Positions 52,229 to 63,502 of a stretch of 64,000 nt of DNA are shown here, piece by piece (the first letter of the stretch is position 1; every line of letters starts with the position of its first letter). The translations under genes were made by a program, and so were the position numbers. Origin of the DNA: Octopus bimaculoides (lineage: Eukaryota). The DNA lies in the NCBI RefSeq assembly GCF_001194135.2, contig NC_069006.1:22964976-23028975 (forward strand), given 5' to 3'. The notes under the pieces are model-generated. The model ran no database searches and was not told the DNA's origin. It was given only the letters and a program-made list of their open reading frames with translations.

Positions 52229-52336
52229 GATGCTCAGCTGGCCAATTCGAGTGCCAGAATGGATTATGTATCAACGAAAACAAAATCTGTGACTCCAATG
52301 ACGACTGTGGAGATCAGTCAGATGAAATAGACTGCA
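52229..52336 (+). CDS. HSPG2: Exon: LDLa repeat 15
   Basis: cttaaag|GA...TGCA|gtgagc; [35 protein letters not shown]; 108 nt; absent from the ORF track. Confidence 0.92.
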
Positions 52337-52432
52337 GTGAGCTTTACAAGATATTTTGTGATTTGTTTGCATGCTTCTTGGATTTTGCTGCAAGTTTACT
52401 TAACCTTGCTTTGATTGTTTTTCTTTTGTCAG

Positions 52433-52476
52433 ATGAACATTATAACGTAATGAAGAGTCTTAAAATGGCTGGATAA
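52433..52476 (+). CDS. Candidate alternative terminal exon ([14 protein letters not shown])
   Basis: CTTAAC branch-like motif at about 52399-52404, pyrimidine tract, ttttgtcag| 96 nt after the LDLa15 donor; in-frame TAA at 52474-52476; AATAAA at 52924-52929. Confidence 0.4.
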
Positions 52477-54175
52477 TATATTGTCTCTTTTCTCTTTTTT
52501 TTTCTTCACACACACACACACACACATCAGAGTGAGTGTGAAGAGCATAAATAACCAATGTCTTTTTTCCCCATATAAAACATGAAAGTGCTCTATACAC
52601 ATTCACTGTAGACCTCATATACTGTAATGTGTGTGTGATGTATGTAGTTTTCTTTTTATCTGTTTTAAGTATCTTCATTACAACCAAAATCCACTGAAAA
52701 CCTCTTACCAATAACTGTCTGAATCTAACATAAATTGTTTCAATAATTGACATGTTCTGTTTAAAGGGTTGCCTGCGTAACTGTCTTACTTCTTATCAAG
52801 TAATTCAACAATAATTTCCTTATGTAGACAGTGTTTCATTGCTAGTAATTCCCTTAATGTTATATAAATTACCTTAATGAATGCTTGTATTTGCTAGTAT
52901 TATATAAAACATATCTGTAAATGAATAAAATTACGTTAAAAAACCCTGGAAACTACCTTAAATTTGCTTGCATTTACATTTATATAAAACGTGCTAGTGA
53001 ATCCACAGAATTGTATAAAATACCCTGAACTTGCCTGTGTTATATATAACAAACTGTAAATAAATCTATGAAATTACATAAATTACCACTGTAACAGCCT
53101 TAAATTTGCTTGTGTGATGTGTATATGAAATGTGTAAACATATGTACAAAACTGTAAACTACACCAGTAAGTGCCCAGTGTTTGCCTGTGAATATAAAAA
53201 TGTGCTAATAAATGCATAAAATTATATAAGCAATACAACCCTACCATAACTACCCTGGATTTGCCTGCATTATATTATCTATAGATATATATATATTCCC
53301 CAAGTAACTGTTCTTTGCTTGCCTATATTTAATAAACTTCCTCTCTATTTTCCAAACAATTTTACTAACTGTTGTTTGTTTTGTAAATTACTTAAGATAT
53401 AAACTTCCCCAGTAATAACACTGTTGTATTAATTGCTACAGCAATTGGTTGATGCTGTATATATTACCCTATTATTTTCTCAATATTATGTGAATAACTT
53501 ATGTTAAGAGGAACATGTAGGAATGTATCTTATAATATGAATTATTTATCTTAAACAAGTTTAGTAATTTTATAATATAAAACTGTTTTACTAATTAACT
53601 AAAATTATATGAAAATATGAATTTTGGAGAGGATTGAACCCACTCTCATATGGCTATGAAGTAAATTTCTTAACCCATTGATCCTTATGCCCATTGATCC
53701 TTATTTGACACTTTTTATACCAGTATGTTTCAGCCTAAAGTATTCATATTTGAATAAAAACCTTCTTTTATATAAGCAAATAAAAAGTTAATGATTAAAA
53801 GTTTACTTAGTTTTACTAAATACCTCTATATTTTTTATGCTAATTATTCAAAAATTAATTAAAACCCATGGATAGTGTATTTCATTATGAGAAGAATAAA
53901 AAGTTATTCAGAACTGATACAAGGCTAAACAAACGACATCAACTAATGTATAAAATCACCACCATTGTGCTTATTTTATTGACAACTAATTGAAACACAT
54001 AGGCAGTTTACTCATAAAAAAATATAGTAAGAAAAATGAGATATTTCCATATTTACATTTGTAAACTAGCTTAGCATCTGCTCAATGTTATATGGACTAT
54101 TATAGAAATTATTTGATCTTCTGAAATATTCTTAAATATTTGTCTAAAATATTTTCTTATTTTTGTACTTATCAG

Positions 54176-54300
54176 TATCAACAGTTACTGTCAGAATAAA
54201 CCCACCTAATATCAGGGTAAAAGCTGGACGTCAAGCAATATTTACCTGTGATGTTCTGGAAGCAGAAGCCTCAGAAATCAACTGGCTCAGGCAGTCTGGT
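54176..54300 (+). CDS. HSPG2: Exon: Ig1 (type A) N-half
   Basis: ttatcag|TA...GGT|gtaagt; STVTVRINPPNIRVKAGRQAIFTCDVLEAEASEINWLRQSG; 125 nt, phase 1 to 0. Confidence 0.92.
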
Positions 54301-54710
54301 GTAAGTTTTTGTTTTGCCCTCTCCATAATTCACACCATCACTAACGCCATTAAATATTAAATTCTACACTTATTTTTTTTTTTTGCAATAGCTTTAGTAG
54401 ATAGCAGGCTCATCTATAAGAAAACTAACGATTATTAGTGTCAACAAAAAATAATTTAAAGTTTCCCACAAATAGAGAAGAGAATTCTAACATTTCAGGT
54501 TGTGTCTTTTATTGGAGAAGAAATGAGAAGTGTATTGGAAAGCTGCAGTAGCTTTAAATAAGTTTGAAGACTGTTAGAAAGAACATTAGATAGATAACTA
54601 GAAGAGTTAAAGATTGAGTAAAAAACAGGTTACATGCATGTGCATGCTGTTCCACACATATACACACACACAACACGTTCATATCTTTCGTTTCTATCTA
54701 TCCTTTTCAG

Positions 54711-54858
54711 AGAGCAATTCCACCATTGAGAAGTCACATTGATGGCAACAGACTTATTATTTATGAAACTCAACCATCTGATGCTGATGATTATATCTGC
54801 AAAGCTATTATCCGAGGCCAGAAATTTGCCAAGACAGCAAACCTTATTGTAGAACTTG
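54711..54858 (+). CDS. HSPG2: Exon: Ig1 C-half
   Basis: ttttcag|AGA...CTTG|gtaagc; RAIPPLRSHIDGNRLIIYETQPSDADDYICKAIIRGQKFAKTANLIVEL; 148 nt, phase 0 to 1. Confidence 0.92.
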
Positions 54859-57204
54859 GTAAGCTGGAAATGCTTTTTGTATTATTTTCTCATTAGAAAT
54901 GCACATTTCATCATATACTAAAAAGGTTTGATAATATGTAATTGGTTTTTAAGAATTGACAGCACAAAGTTTCATGAACCAGCTCAAGGTACCTCTCCAA
55001 TGTGAAGAGCAGCTCTATGGCCACTTGACCTGCAAGTAATAGCAGTAAGCCAAGTCACCCACAGATCATGCCTAATGCTTTGAAAAACATATTTTAAAAC
55101 AAAAGGGAATGGCCTGTTGGTTAATGTAATACAATCCTAGATGGGATGGTCGTAACTAAAACACCTTTGATCATAAGTCTGCTTGCTTAGGACTGACCTG
55201 GAACTTAGTAGTAATAACAAAAGTTGAGTGAAAATCCAGCCAGGAAGGGAGCCTCTACATGGTTGTTTAGCTGCTAGAAATACTAGCCAAAATTCTATCA
55301 AATCATAGCTTAACTTTTGTAAATTAAGAAGACATTAACACGGTGTCGTTAATCCTTATTTACAAAAGAAGTAAAAAGGAGAAACCTGCCTTCATGAGGA
55401 ACGCTTCACACTCTGATAGTTCTTAAAATATTAAAAAAAAAAAGGCAAGGGAGACAACTTTGAAATTTTAGTTATCTACAATTAATTTTTGGAAATGGAA
55501 TGCAGTGGGACGTGAATCTGACCTCTGTAACATGATGACAACTCTAGATATGCAGTTTTAATAAACATCAACAGTGAAGCATGGTCTGTGATTGATCTTA
55601 GATGGACTAAAGAGATGTAGGTTATTCAGGAGTGAACATGAATGACAAAACTTAACAGACAGACAAGGATAAAATGCTCAGGGGCTCCTGATGCATGAAA
55701 ACTTAATAGTAAAGTGGGTGTTAGCATATTTGATATAGTTAGCCAAGAAATTTTAATTAGAATTGCAGCGTTAGTGATGAGAACAAATAATTATGTAAAT
55801 TACTAACTGTGGTCAAAGTTAACATCCACTGCTGCTGTTTCATTGTATACTTGGGTAGAAAATATATAATTTTGTGCACTTCATTTTATGGCCTTATTAT
55901 CTTTTCACTTCTTTAAACCATAGTCGTCACCTGCAGGCAAATATTACCTGAACCTAGTGGGTATGTTGCAAAATTTTTGTTGCAGATTTATGTTTATTTA
56001 ATCATATTCAAATATAATATCTTTGGCTAGTGGAATGAACTGACAATGTTCAGAGACATAAAGAAAAGCCTGTGGCAAGGAACAATATATAAATATGTTG
56101 AGTTAAAGGCAATTAAGTACACTTTGTAGTTGAATGTTTTGAAATATTGAAGTTGTACTTGTTTGGCAAGTCATTTGATGCGAGACTGCATGTTGAGCCT
56201 GACACAGTTTCATTGTGCAAGAGTCATATACTCACATACACAAAAAAATTAACTGTTACAATTATTTTTATATTTTCATATGGTCTGTATAAAGTTGTCA
56301 AAATGTTTTGAGACACACTTCTGTGACTTGGTCATTGACTTTGGTCTGGAGAAAGGTTTGGGCTATAGCCTTCTTGAAATAAAATAATTAGAAACTCCTT
56401 AAGCATTTCGCCCAGCGTGCTAACGTTTCTGCCAGCTCACCGCCTTATTGCATTCCTGAAGCTCTATGCCAGTCGTGTACTTACTCATATTTGTGGCAGC
56501 ATTCACTGTGGGTGAGTCAAGCTGGCTCCAAGTTTCTCACGTCCATCACGAATGCTGACCACATCTGATGGTCAACCACAGTTGAGGCTGTAATGGATAC
56601 TCACTCCTGGTTCCACTGCTGAAGACCATAGACACAGGGACCTGATTGTCCCAGTCACGTCTTCAGTTGTCTTCCAACACTTTTGCACCAGCCTGGGAAG
56701 GGAACTGAGTTGACAGCCTTGCGAATGAATTTCCTCTGTCAGCCTGTTCCAGTCATGGGCAACCTGTGGCCTGCAGCACTTTCTGAATGGCATGCCTTCA
56801 ACTTTCTTAATTGTCCAGCCCACCCGAGGATGAGCCATGTTTCATGCAGCCTGCTTTTCAGAAAAGGTTGCCTGTGCAGTTGAATTAGTAATGATAATAG
56901 CTTCAAAGCAAAATATTAACTATAGCTAACTAATGTTCTCTAATTTATTTAATTATTGGGGACCCCATTAAAGACTGTCATGATAAAGCAGTGCTTGGAA
57001 GGAAGATGTGTAGCGTGTGATCGTTGCATTGTCCATGACAGAAATTTATAAAATAAGTGTCAGCCTGAAAAACTTATTGAAGGCCATGCTGCAGCTTGAC
57101 GACAGTCCAATGACTAAAGCCAGTGAAAGAATGGAGGAACACATTTACATGTATGGATGGAATTTATAGAATTCTCATTGTACCATTTTCCATTTTCTTT
57201 TCAG

Positions 57205-57329
57205 ATGTTCCATTCATAGTAACCATCTCACCACGGTCACTTAATGTTCGAGTGGGAGAAACTGCTTCCTTTGTATGTAATTTTGGTAGTGGCCACTCTG
57301 GAAGCATACAGTGGAGCAGAAGTGACAGA
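57205..57329 (+). CDS. HSPG2: Exon: Ig2 (type B) N-half
   Basis: ttttcag|AT...AGA|gtaagt; VPFIVTISPRSLNVRVGETASFVCNFGSGHSGSIQWSRSDR; 125 nt. Confidence 0.93.
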
Positions 57330-57599
57330 GTAAGTGATCTTAAGCAATTCATTTTCTACCCATGCCCTTTTAGACTAATTACATCCTTTCTTTTATTTTA
57401 AACTACCTCCAAATTCTGATTATATTTGAAAATTACTGAAACACACTTGCTATCCACTCATTAGAAAAATAGTCACAAAAGAATTAAATGGCTTTCCAAT
57501 CATATATTTAATTAAACATAAATAAATGAAGAGTTGTTTCCCAAATGTGTGTGTATTTTTATGTATTTCCTCTAATCTAGACCACAACCTTCATTTCAG

Positions 57600-57747
57600 C
57601 AACGTTTGAGTCCACGAGCTGTTGTTCAAGGTGGTTATTTGACCATCAACTCCGTGACCCCTTCTGATGCTGGAATATATACTTGCATTGGCTATGACGA
57701 CAAAGGTGGCAGAGTATCTGAGACAGCTGAACTCATTATTAAGACTG
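57600..57747 (+). CDS. HSPG2: Exon: Ig2 C-half
   Basis: atttcag|CAA...ACTG|gtaagt; QRLSPRAVVQGGYLTINSVTPSDAGIYTCIGYDDKGGRVSETAELIIKT; 148 nt. Confidence 0.92.
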
Positions 57748-57839
57748 GTAAGTTGTTTTCTTTTAATTATTTATTTATATGTTCCTTAATAACCGCTTTT
57801 ATTTTTACCTATTTTAACAAGATAGTAAATTGGCAGAGT

Positions 57840-58450
57840 CATTAGAGCTTGGAATAAAACAAAATCCCTTGTGTACTTCTTACAGCTTTCTGAGCTGAGT
57901 TCAAACTCTACAGAGGTCAACTTTGATTTTAATGCTTACCGGGTTGATAACATAAAATTTTAGCAGTGCTTGACTGGTACTTCTTTTGTTGGCCAGTAAT
58001 AATAATAATTATCCTTTCTTATTTTGACATGAGACCAGCAAACTTGAGGGATGGGGAAGCTGATTACATCTATCCCAATGCTCAACTGTTACTTAATTTA
58101 TCAATTCTGTAAAGATGAAAGGCAGAATAGGTCTCAACGGAATTTGAATTCAGATTGTAAAGCCAGAAGAAGTGCTGCTACGCATTTTGTCTGTCACAGT
58201 AACAATTCTGTCGGCTTTCTGCCTTAATGGTAATAATTAGCTTCAAATTTTGGCACAAGGCCAGCAATTTTGGGGAGGGGGTAAGTTGATAACTTTGACC
58301 CCAGTATTCAACTAGTGCTTATTTTATTGACCCTGAAAGGATGAAAGGCAAAGTTGGCCTCCACAGAATTTGAACTCAGAACACAAAGTTAGAATAAATG
58401 CCACAAAGTATTTTGTCTGGTGCAGTTACAATTCTACCAGCTTGCCACCT
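57840..58450. mobile_element. Cluster of a second short dispersed repeat family, both orientations
   Basis: Core GATGAAAGGCAAAGTTGACC...GAATTTGAACTCAG in + at about 58339-58381 and in - at about 57888-57930; other copies near 9748, 42100(-), 49630, 50486, 59860, 61680(-). Confidence 0.75.
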
Positions 58451-58482
58451 TGGTAAAAACAAGAATAAATTTCTTATTCCAG

Positions 58483-58607
58483 AAACTACCGTTAAAGTTC
58501 AGATCACACCACCCTCCATCAAAGTAGTTGCAGGATCCCGTGCAATATTCACCTGTGGTGTACCAGGAACTCGTCCTTCAAGTATAGAATGGAGAAGAAA
58601 ATCTGGA
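58483..58607 (+). CDS. HSPG2: Exon: Ig3 (type A) N-half
   Basis: attccag|AA...GGA|gtgagt; TTVKVQITPPSIKVVAGSRAIFTCGVPGTRPSSIEWRRKSG; 125 nt. Confidence 0.92.
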
Positions 58608-58701
58608 GTGAGTAAATGTTTTTGTAATTTTAATTTTTTAAATTTCTTTTTTTATAACGAGGTACAAATGACTCAGTGTAATGACCACCTTTCAATTTCA
58701 G

Positions 58702-58849
58702 AGTCCAATTCCTTCAGGAAGAACCTCAGTTGATGACAGCCGTCTTGTCATCTATGATACTGAAATGACCGACACTGATGACTATATCTGTGAAGCAACC
58801 ATTCGAGGTCAAAAGTTCACTGGTTCAGCCAGCCTAATTATTGAATTTG
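58702..58849 (+). CDS. HSPG2: Exon: Ig3 C-half
   Basis: atttcag|AGT...TTTG|gtaagt; SPIPSGRTSVDDSRLVIYDTEMTDTDDYICEATIRGQKFTGSASLIIEF; 148 nt. Confidence 0.93.
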
Positions 58850-59551
58850 GTAAGTGTTGTAAATATTTGTTATACTAGCTTAAATATTGGGTGAATGGGG
58901 TTGAAAGGCCTAATTGAATAATAATTGTAATATTGTTTTTGACTGGAAGCCAGTTCCTTGTTCCTATTCCAGTCAAAGGCAAACGTGGAATATAGCCATA
59001 GAGCCATATCATGTCCAACTGTGGCTATGTGGTTAAGAAGTTTTCTTTTTGACTATGTTGTTATTTGTTCATTTGTACTGTGTGTTAGAATGTCATCAAG
59101 CTGTAGAAACCATGCCAAAGCAGACAACAGTGTTTGGTATGGTCTTCTGACTTGCCAGCTCCTGTCAAACCATCCAACCCATGCCAGCATGAAAATGGAT
59201 GTTAAATAATGGTGATGTATCATTTACCATAACCTTGGTTTGACTAAAGCTTTGAGAAGGAAACCTTCACAGCTGTGAGGAGAGCCATCAGATTGAGGAA
59301 ACATTGTTGCGTTAGGATAGAAGAATTAATCTGAATTAGTTCAGCATCACCTACTAGACCATTGGGTACCTTTAGCAGAGTCCACACTCTGTTGTTGCTG
59401 GTCTAGCAATAACTTCCCCACCTCCTCTCACCAATCATGAAGGCTATGAAAATGGCTGTGTGGTGACTGCCATATTCCTTCCATAAAAAAACAACTACAG
59501 TAACAATATCAATAATAACATTGTTCTGTACTGGATTATCTTTATTTTCAG

Positions 59552-59676
59552 TTGTACCATTCCTTGTGACTGTCAATCCACGATCTTTGAATATTAGACA
59601 AGGAGAAACTGCCAAATTTATGTGTCAGATAGGAGCAGGTTATACTGGATCCATGGTGTGGAGTAGAAGACCAGCT
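59552..59676 (+). CDS. HSPG2: Exon: Ig4 (type B) N-half
   Basis: ttttcag|TT...GCT|gtaagt; VPFLVTVNPRSLNIRQGETAKFMCQIGAGYTGSMVWSRRPA; 125 nt. Confidence 0.93.
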
Positions 59677-59933
59677 GTAAGTTCAGCTCTTTATAGAATT
59701 TTGTTTTGTTCTTTTTATGTTATATTGGCTTTTTAATTATGTATTGTTTGTCATCGAAAGAATTTCTAACATAGGCACAAGGCCTCACATTTCATAGTTG
59801 GATACAGTGAGTTGAATCAACCCTAGTACTTTTGGTACTTATATTTTATCAAATAAGAATAAAAGGTGAAGTTGGCATTAGTGAGATTTGAACTCAGAAT
59901 GCTCACTGGAAATATCAATATTTCTTTACACAG

Positions 59934-60081
59934 CAGCCTCTCAGCTCTCGTACTACACAATCAGAAGGTGTTTTGATGATTAACTCAGCAACAGCCGATG
60001 ACAGTGGTGAATATATTTGTACAGGACATGGACCAGAAGGTCGAACAACAACGTCATCAGTCCAGTTGGTCGTTGAACGAA
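59934..60081 (+). CDS. HSPG2: Exon: Ig4 C-half
   Basis: tacacag|CAG...CGAA|gtaagt (NAGNAG acceptor); QPLSSRTTQSEGVLMINSATADDSGEYICTGHGPEGRTTTSSVQLVVER; 148 nt; absent from the ORF track. Confidence 0.92.
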
Positions 60082-60378
60082 GTAAGTCGTGTTTTATTAA
60101 TTTTCAAAATTAATTTAAACAAATTTTAGCAAAAACAATGTAACAGAAGCACTAACAGTTAAATTTGGTAGATAGAAAAAGTGCAAAAACCAGTTGGATA
60201 TATGTATGCATGCTTGTGTGTGTGTATGTGTGTGTGTTGCATGTGGCAGAATTGGTAGATCTTTGAACAAACATACCTTGTGGTGTTTGATTACTGCTTT
60301 CTCCCTCTAATTTCAAGTCCCACTTATTTTATTTTTTTGAAACTAAATGCTTTACTTTATTATATTTTATTGTAACAG

Positions 60379-60503
60379 GCTCATCATATACAATCAACAT
60401 CAACCCACCAAGTATCAATGTGCGTGCAGGATCTCGAGCAATTTTCACCTGTGATGTTGTGGAAGCACGTCCCTCAGAAGTCATTTGGTCAAGAGAGACA
60501 GGA
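60379..60503 (+). CDS. HSPG2: Exon: Ig5 (type A) N-half
   Basis: gtaacag|GC...GGA|gttagt; SSYTININPPSINVRAGSRAIFTCDVVEARPSEVIWSRETG; 125 nt. Confidence 0.91.
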
Positions 60504-61005
60504 GTTAGTAAATTTACTGTTGTCTGGTTTTATTTTCATACACCACCACCACTACCACAATCTATGCCACAAACACTACAAATACTATCACAGCTACTAC
60601 CACCTGCCAACCCTTATTAACACCAAAACCACCACTACTGCCCATATAGACACCACTATTGCCACCATTACTATCACACCCTCCCATCACAACCACTAAC
60701 ATTATTACCCTGCTTAAGATCCTTGGATAACTTAGTAAATCTACTTTATTGCAAGCATTTGGACCAGGTCTTCAGTTTTAGCATTAATTTCAGTCTCTGG
60801 ATTCACTCCTTTATATATTTAATGCTTTGTGTTATAAATGGAGAATAATTCAGTATCACACTGGCCTTTACAAAATAAAAAATGTGAGTTACATCATTTA
60901 ACTCTACTGTTTGGGATTCATTTTTAGAAAGATATGCATGAAATAGTAAGAATAAATGAATTTTTTTATATCATATACATATATACGTTTATATATATAT
61001 GCGAT

Positions 61006-61160
61006 CTATGGCTGTGTGGTAAGAAGTTTGCTTCCCAAACACATGGTTCTGGACTTAGTCCCATTACCTGACACCTTTGGCAAGTGTCTTCTGTTATAGC
61101 CTCAGTTCAACCAAAGCCTTGTGAGTAGATTTGGTGGACATAAATTGAAAGAAGTCCATC
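61006..61160 (+). mobile_element. SINE head fragment
   Basis: TGGCTGTGTGGTAAGAAG...GGCAAGTGTCTTC...CAAAGCCTTGTGAG. Confidence 0.8.
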
Positions 61161-61422
61161 ATGCATACACACACATAAAATATATAGTAATCAAAATGAA
61201 CTGAATGGAGTCAAGCTAAATTATGTGTGTGTGCATGTGTAGAAATAATTTTATATGAGTTCTCCACATGCTTTCCCTAAACATCAAGGAGAAAATTGTA
61301 CAGTGTGATCAAAACACAATATAATGCGGGTAGGGGATAGAGTGTTGTTCTTCTTTTTTAAATTTCAAATTTCTACAAAGTGAAGCTTTTCATATAGTTC
61401 ATTACAATTATGTTTTTTGCAG

Positions 61423-61570
61423 TTGCCTATTGCTGGATCGAGGAGCTCTATAGAACGAAACCGTCTTGTTATTTTTGACACTGTACCAGAAGATTCAGAT
61501 AACTATATATGCACAGTCACAGTTCATGGCCAAAGGTTTACCAACAGTGCTAAATTAACTGTTGAATCCG
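61423..61570 (+). CDS. HSPG2: Exon: Ig5 C-half
   Basis: tttgcag|TTG...TCCG|gtaagt; LPIAGSRSSIERNRLVIFDTVPEDSDNYICTVTVHGQRFTNSAKLTVES; 148 nt; absent from the ORF track. Confidence 0.93.
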
Positions 61571-62117
61571 GTAAGTAATAAAGCGTTACTTTAAAGTTAT
61601 TTGTTTATATATATATATGGCAGAATTGTTAGAGTATCAGAAAAAATGCTTTGCTTTATTTGTTCCAACTCTTTTCGTGTTCTGAGTTCAAATCTCACCA
61701 CAGTCAGCTTTGCATTTCATCTCTTCAGGATCAATAAAATATTAGTCAAATTGACCATGTGCTAAAATTACTACTGCTGCTGTTGTTTTTGTTGTTGTTG
61801 TATACATTGGTAGGTCATTAAAATAATCATGCCAGATTGTTCATTTACAAAGTCAAGTTATGTGATAGAAAAAAATTTTAAAAAAGGAAAAATAAAACAA
61901 AAGAAAACAAAGAAAAAGGAAAGAAAATTCACAGGGACAACACTCTTTTCAATACATGTGACGTACCAGTTAAAACAATCTTTTGCAGTTCTTAGACACA
62001 CCAATACAAATATACTTTTGTATACACACTAGGTGTATCACTCCTTGGACTTACAACACAGGATTGTATACTATTTACAAATACATCATTGCAATTATGT
62101 AATTTTTCCTTTTTCAG

Positions 62118-62242
62118 CTGAACGTTTGTCTGTCTCTATCCAACCATATCAGTTGACTGTTGATGCTGGAGAAAACGCAAAGTTCATGTGTCAAATCGAA
62201 GGAGGACGCAGTGGAACTTTACAGTGGACAAGAAACAACAAT
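62118..62242 (+). CDS. HSPG2: Exon: Ig6 (type B) N-half
   Basis: ttttcag|CT...AAT|gtaagt; ERLSVSIQPYQLTVDAGENAKFMCQIEGGRSGTLQWTRNNN; 125 nt. Confidence 0.93.
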
Positions 62243-62429
62243 GTAAGTGATACTACAGTATTTCCTGTTTCTACTTTTAAAATATATTTACATGTTTTTA
62301 ATTGGCTCAGCATAGGTGTGTGGTTTGTAGCCTCAGGCTTGGTTCCTTGGGCAAGAGTCTTCTTTTACTATAGACTCAGAATTGACCAATTGTGAGTGAA
62401 ATTTGGCAGAAACTATGTGGAAACTTTCC

Positions 62430-62466
<37 letters not shown>

Positions 62467-62495
62467 TGAACACATGTATGTATGTTTTTACAAAG

Positions 62496-62565
62496 TATTG
62501 GTCAGCATGAGGTTATGGTAGAAGACAAATTATTGGTCAGCATGAGGTTATGGTAGAAGACAAAT
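62496..62565 (+). repeat. 35-bp perfect tandem duplication
   Basis: TATTGGTCAGCATGAGGTTATGGTAGAAGACAAAT x2. Confidence 0.92.
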
Positions 62566-62729
62566 GCTTATCTTAGCAGTAGAATCAAATCTTGAGCAAC
62601 ATGGTTGCAATGCAAAGTTCTAAAGATCACTGTTATTGTCTGCATTGATTATCTCTTGACAAAAACTTATTTCAGTTTTGTTGTTTTCTCTTTGTATGTT
62701 ACTAATTTACCAATTTCTAAATTTTACAG

Positions 62730-62874
62730 CGACCATTGAGTTCTCGAACCACATCTCAAGATGGTATTCTGATGATCAATTCAGTCACCATCGATGATGC
62801 TGGAGTATATGCTTGTACAGCATATGGTGATTCTGGAAGAGCTTCTAAAACTGTAGAATTGGTAGTTGTACCAG
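62730..62874 (+). CDS. HSPG2: Exon: Ig6 C-half
   Basis: tttacag|CGA...CCAG|gtttgt; RPLSSRTTSQDGILMINSVTIDDAGVYACTAYGDSGRASKTVELVVVP; 145 nt. Confidence 0.91.
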
Positions 62875-63377
62875 GTTTGTGAAGTTGTTTTTTCTCTGTC
62901 ATTAACAAAGTTTTAAAGTTTTAAATCATGGATTACTAACTATTTGAAAATAATATTAAAAAGTACAAACATATTAGAGTGCTTACCACTTGGTCAAGGA
63001 AGCAAGCTATACTACAACGATTGTTTTACACACTTGAACAAAGCATTTTAGTTTGATGGTTTCAAAAAAATATGATTAAATAGATAATGTTTCCATATGT
63101 TCATTGATGTTTATAAAGCTTAAGCCAAATTCAATGAAAATTAACTTTAAAGATGAAGTATTTAAAATTACTAATTAGGAAGGTTGTGGTAAGAAAAATA
63201 ATCGTCAATATTTCAATTGACTATTATTTCATTTAGTGGTTAGGTTTTTTTAAATTGCATGATTTACAAACTCTGTATATATCTCCAGGTTATGAAAATG
63301 ACTTTGTGTGCTGTTCAATGACGTGTTTATTCAATCGTTCCATTTGTATACACATTGATTTCTGATGTTTCTTGCAG

Positions 63378-63502
63378 GTCCGAGTATAATTGTTACAGTA
63401 GACCCTGAAACACTGACTGTCCGTGCTGGACAATCAGCCAAATTTGTGTGTGATGTCCAAGATGGCAGTGTTAACACCTTGCAGTGGACCAGAGGCGGAA
63501 GA
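63378..63502 (+). CDS. HSPG2: Exon: Ig7 (type B-like) N-half
   Basis: cttgcag|GT...AGA|gtaagc; PSIIVTVDPETLTVRAGQSAKFVCDVQDGSVNTLQWTRGGR; 125 nt; partner exon not in the window. Confidence 0.92.

Larger units (their letters stand above)
4441..63502 (+). other. HSPG2: Partial multi-exon gene: perlecan / basement membrane heparan sulfate proteoglycan core protein-like (both ends outside the window)
   Basis: 32 exons with AG/GT boundaries and compatible phases give an uninterrupted 1484-codon frame. Order acidic-SGD, SEA, LDLa array, Ig matches the N-terminus of perlecan (HSPG2/trol/unc-52). Laminin modules that would confirm orthology are not in the window. Confidence 0.82.
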
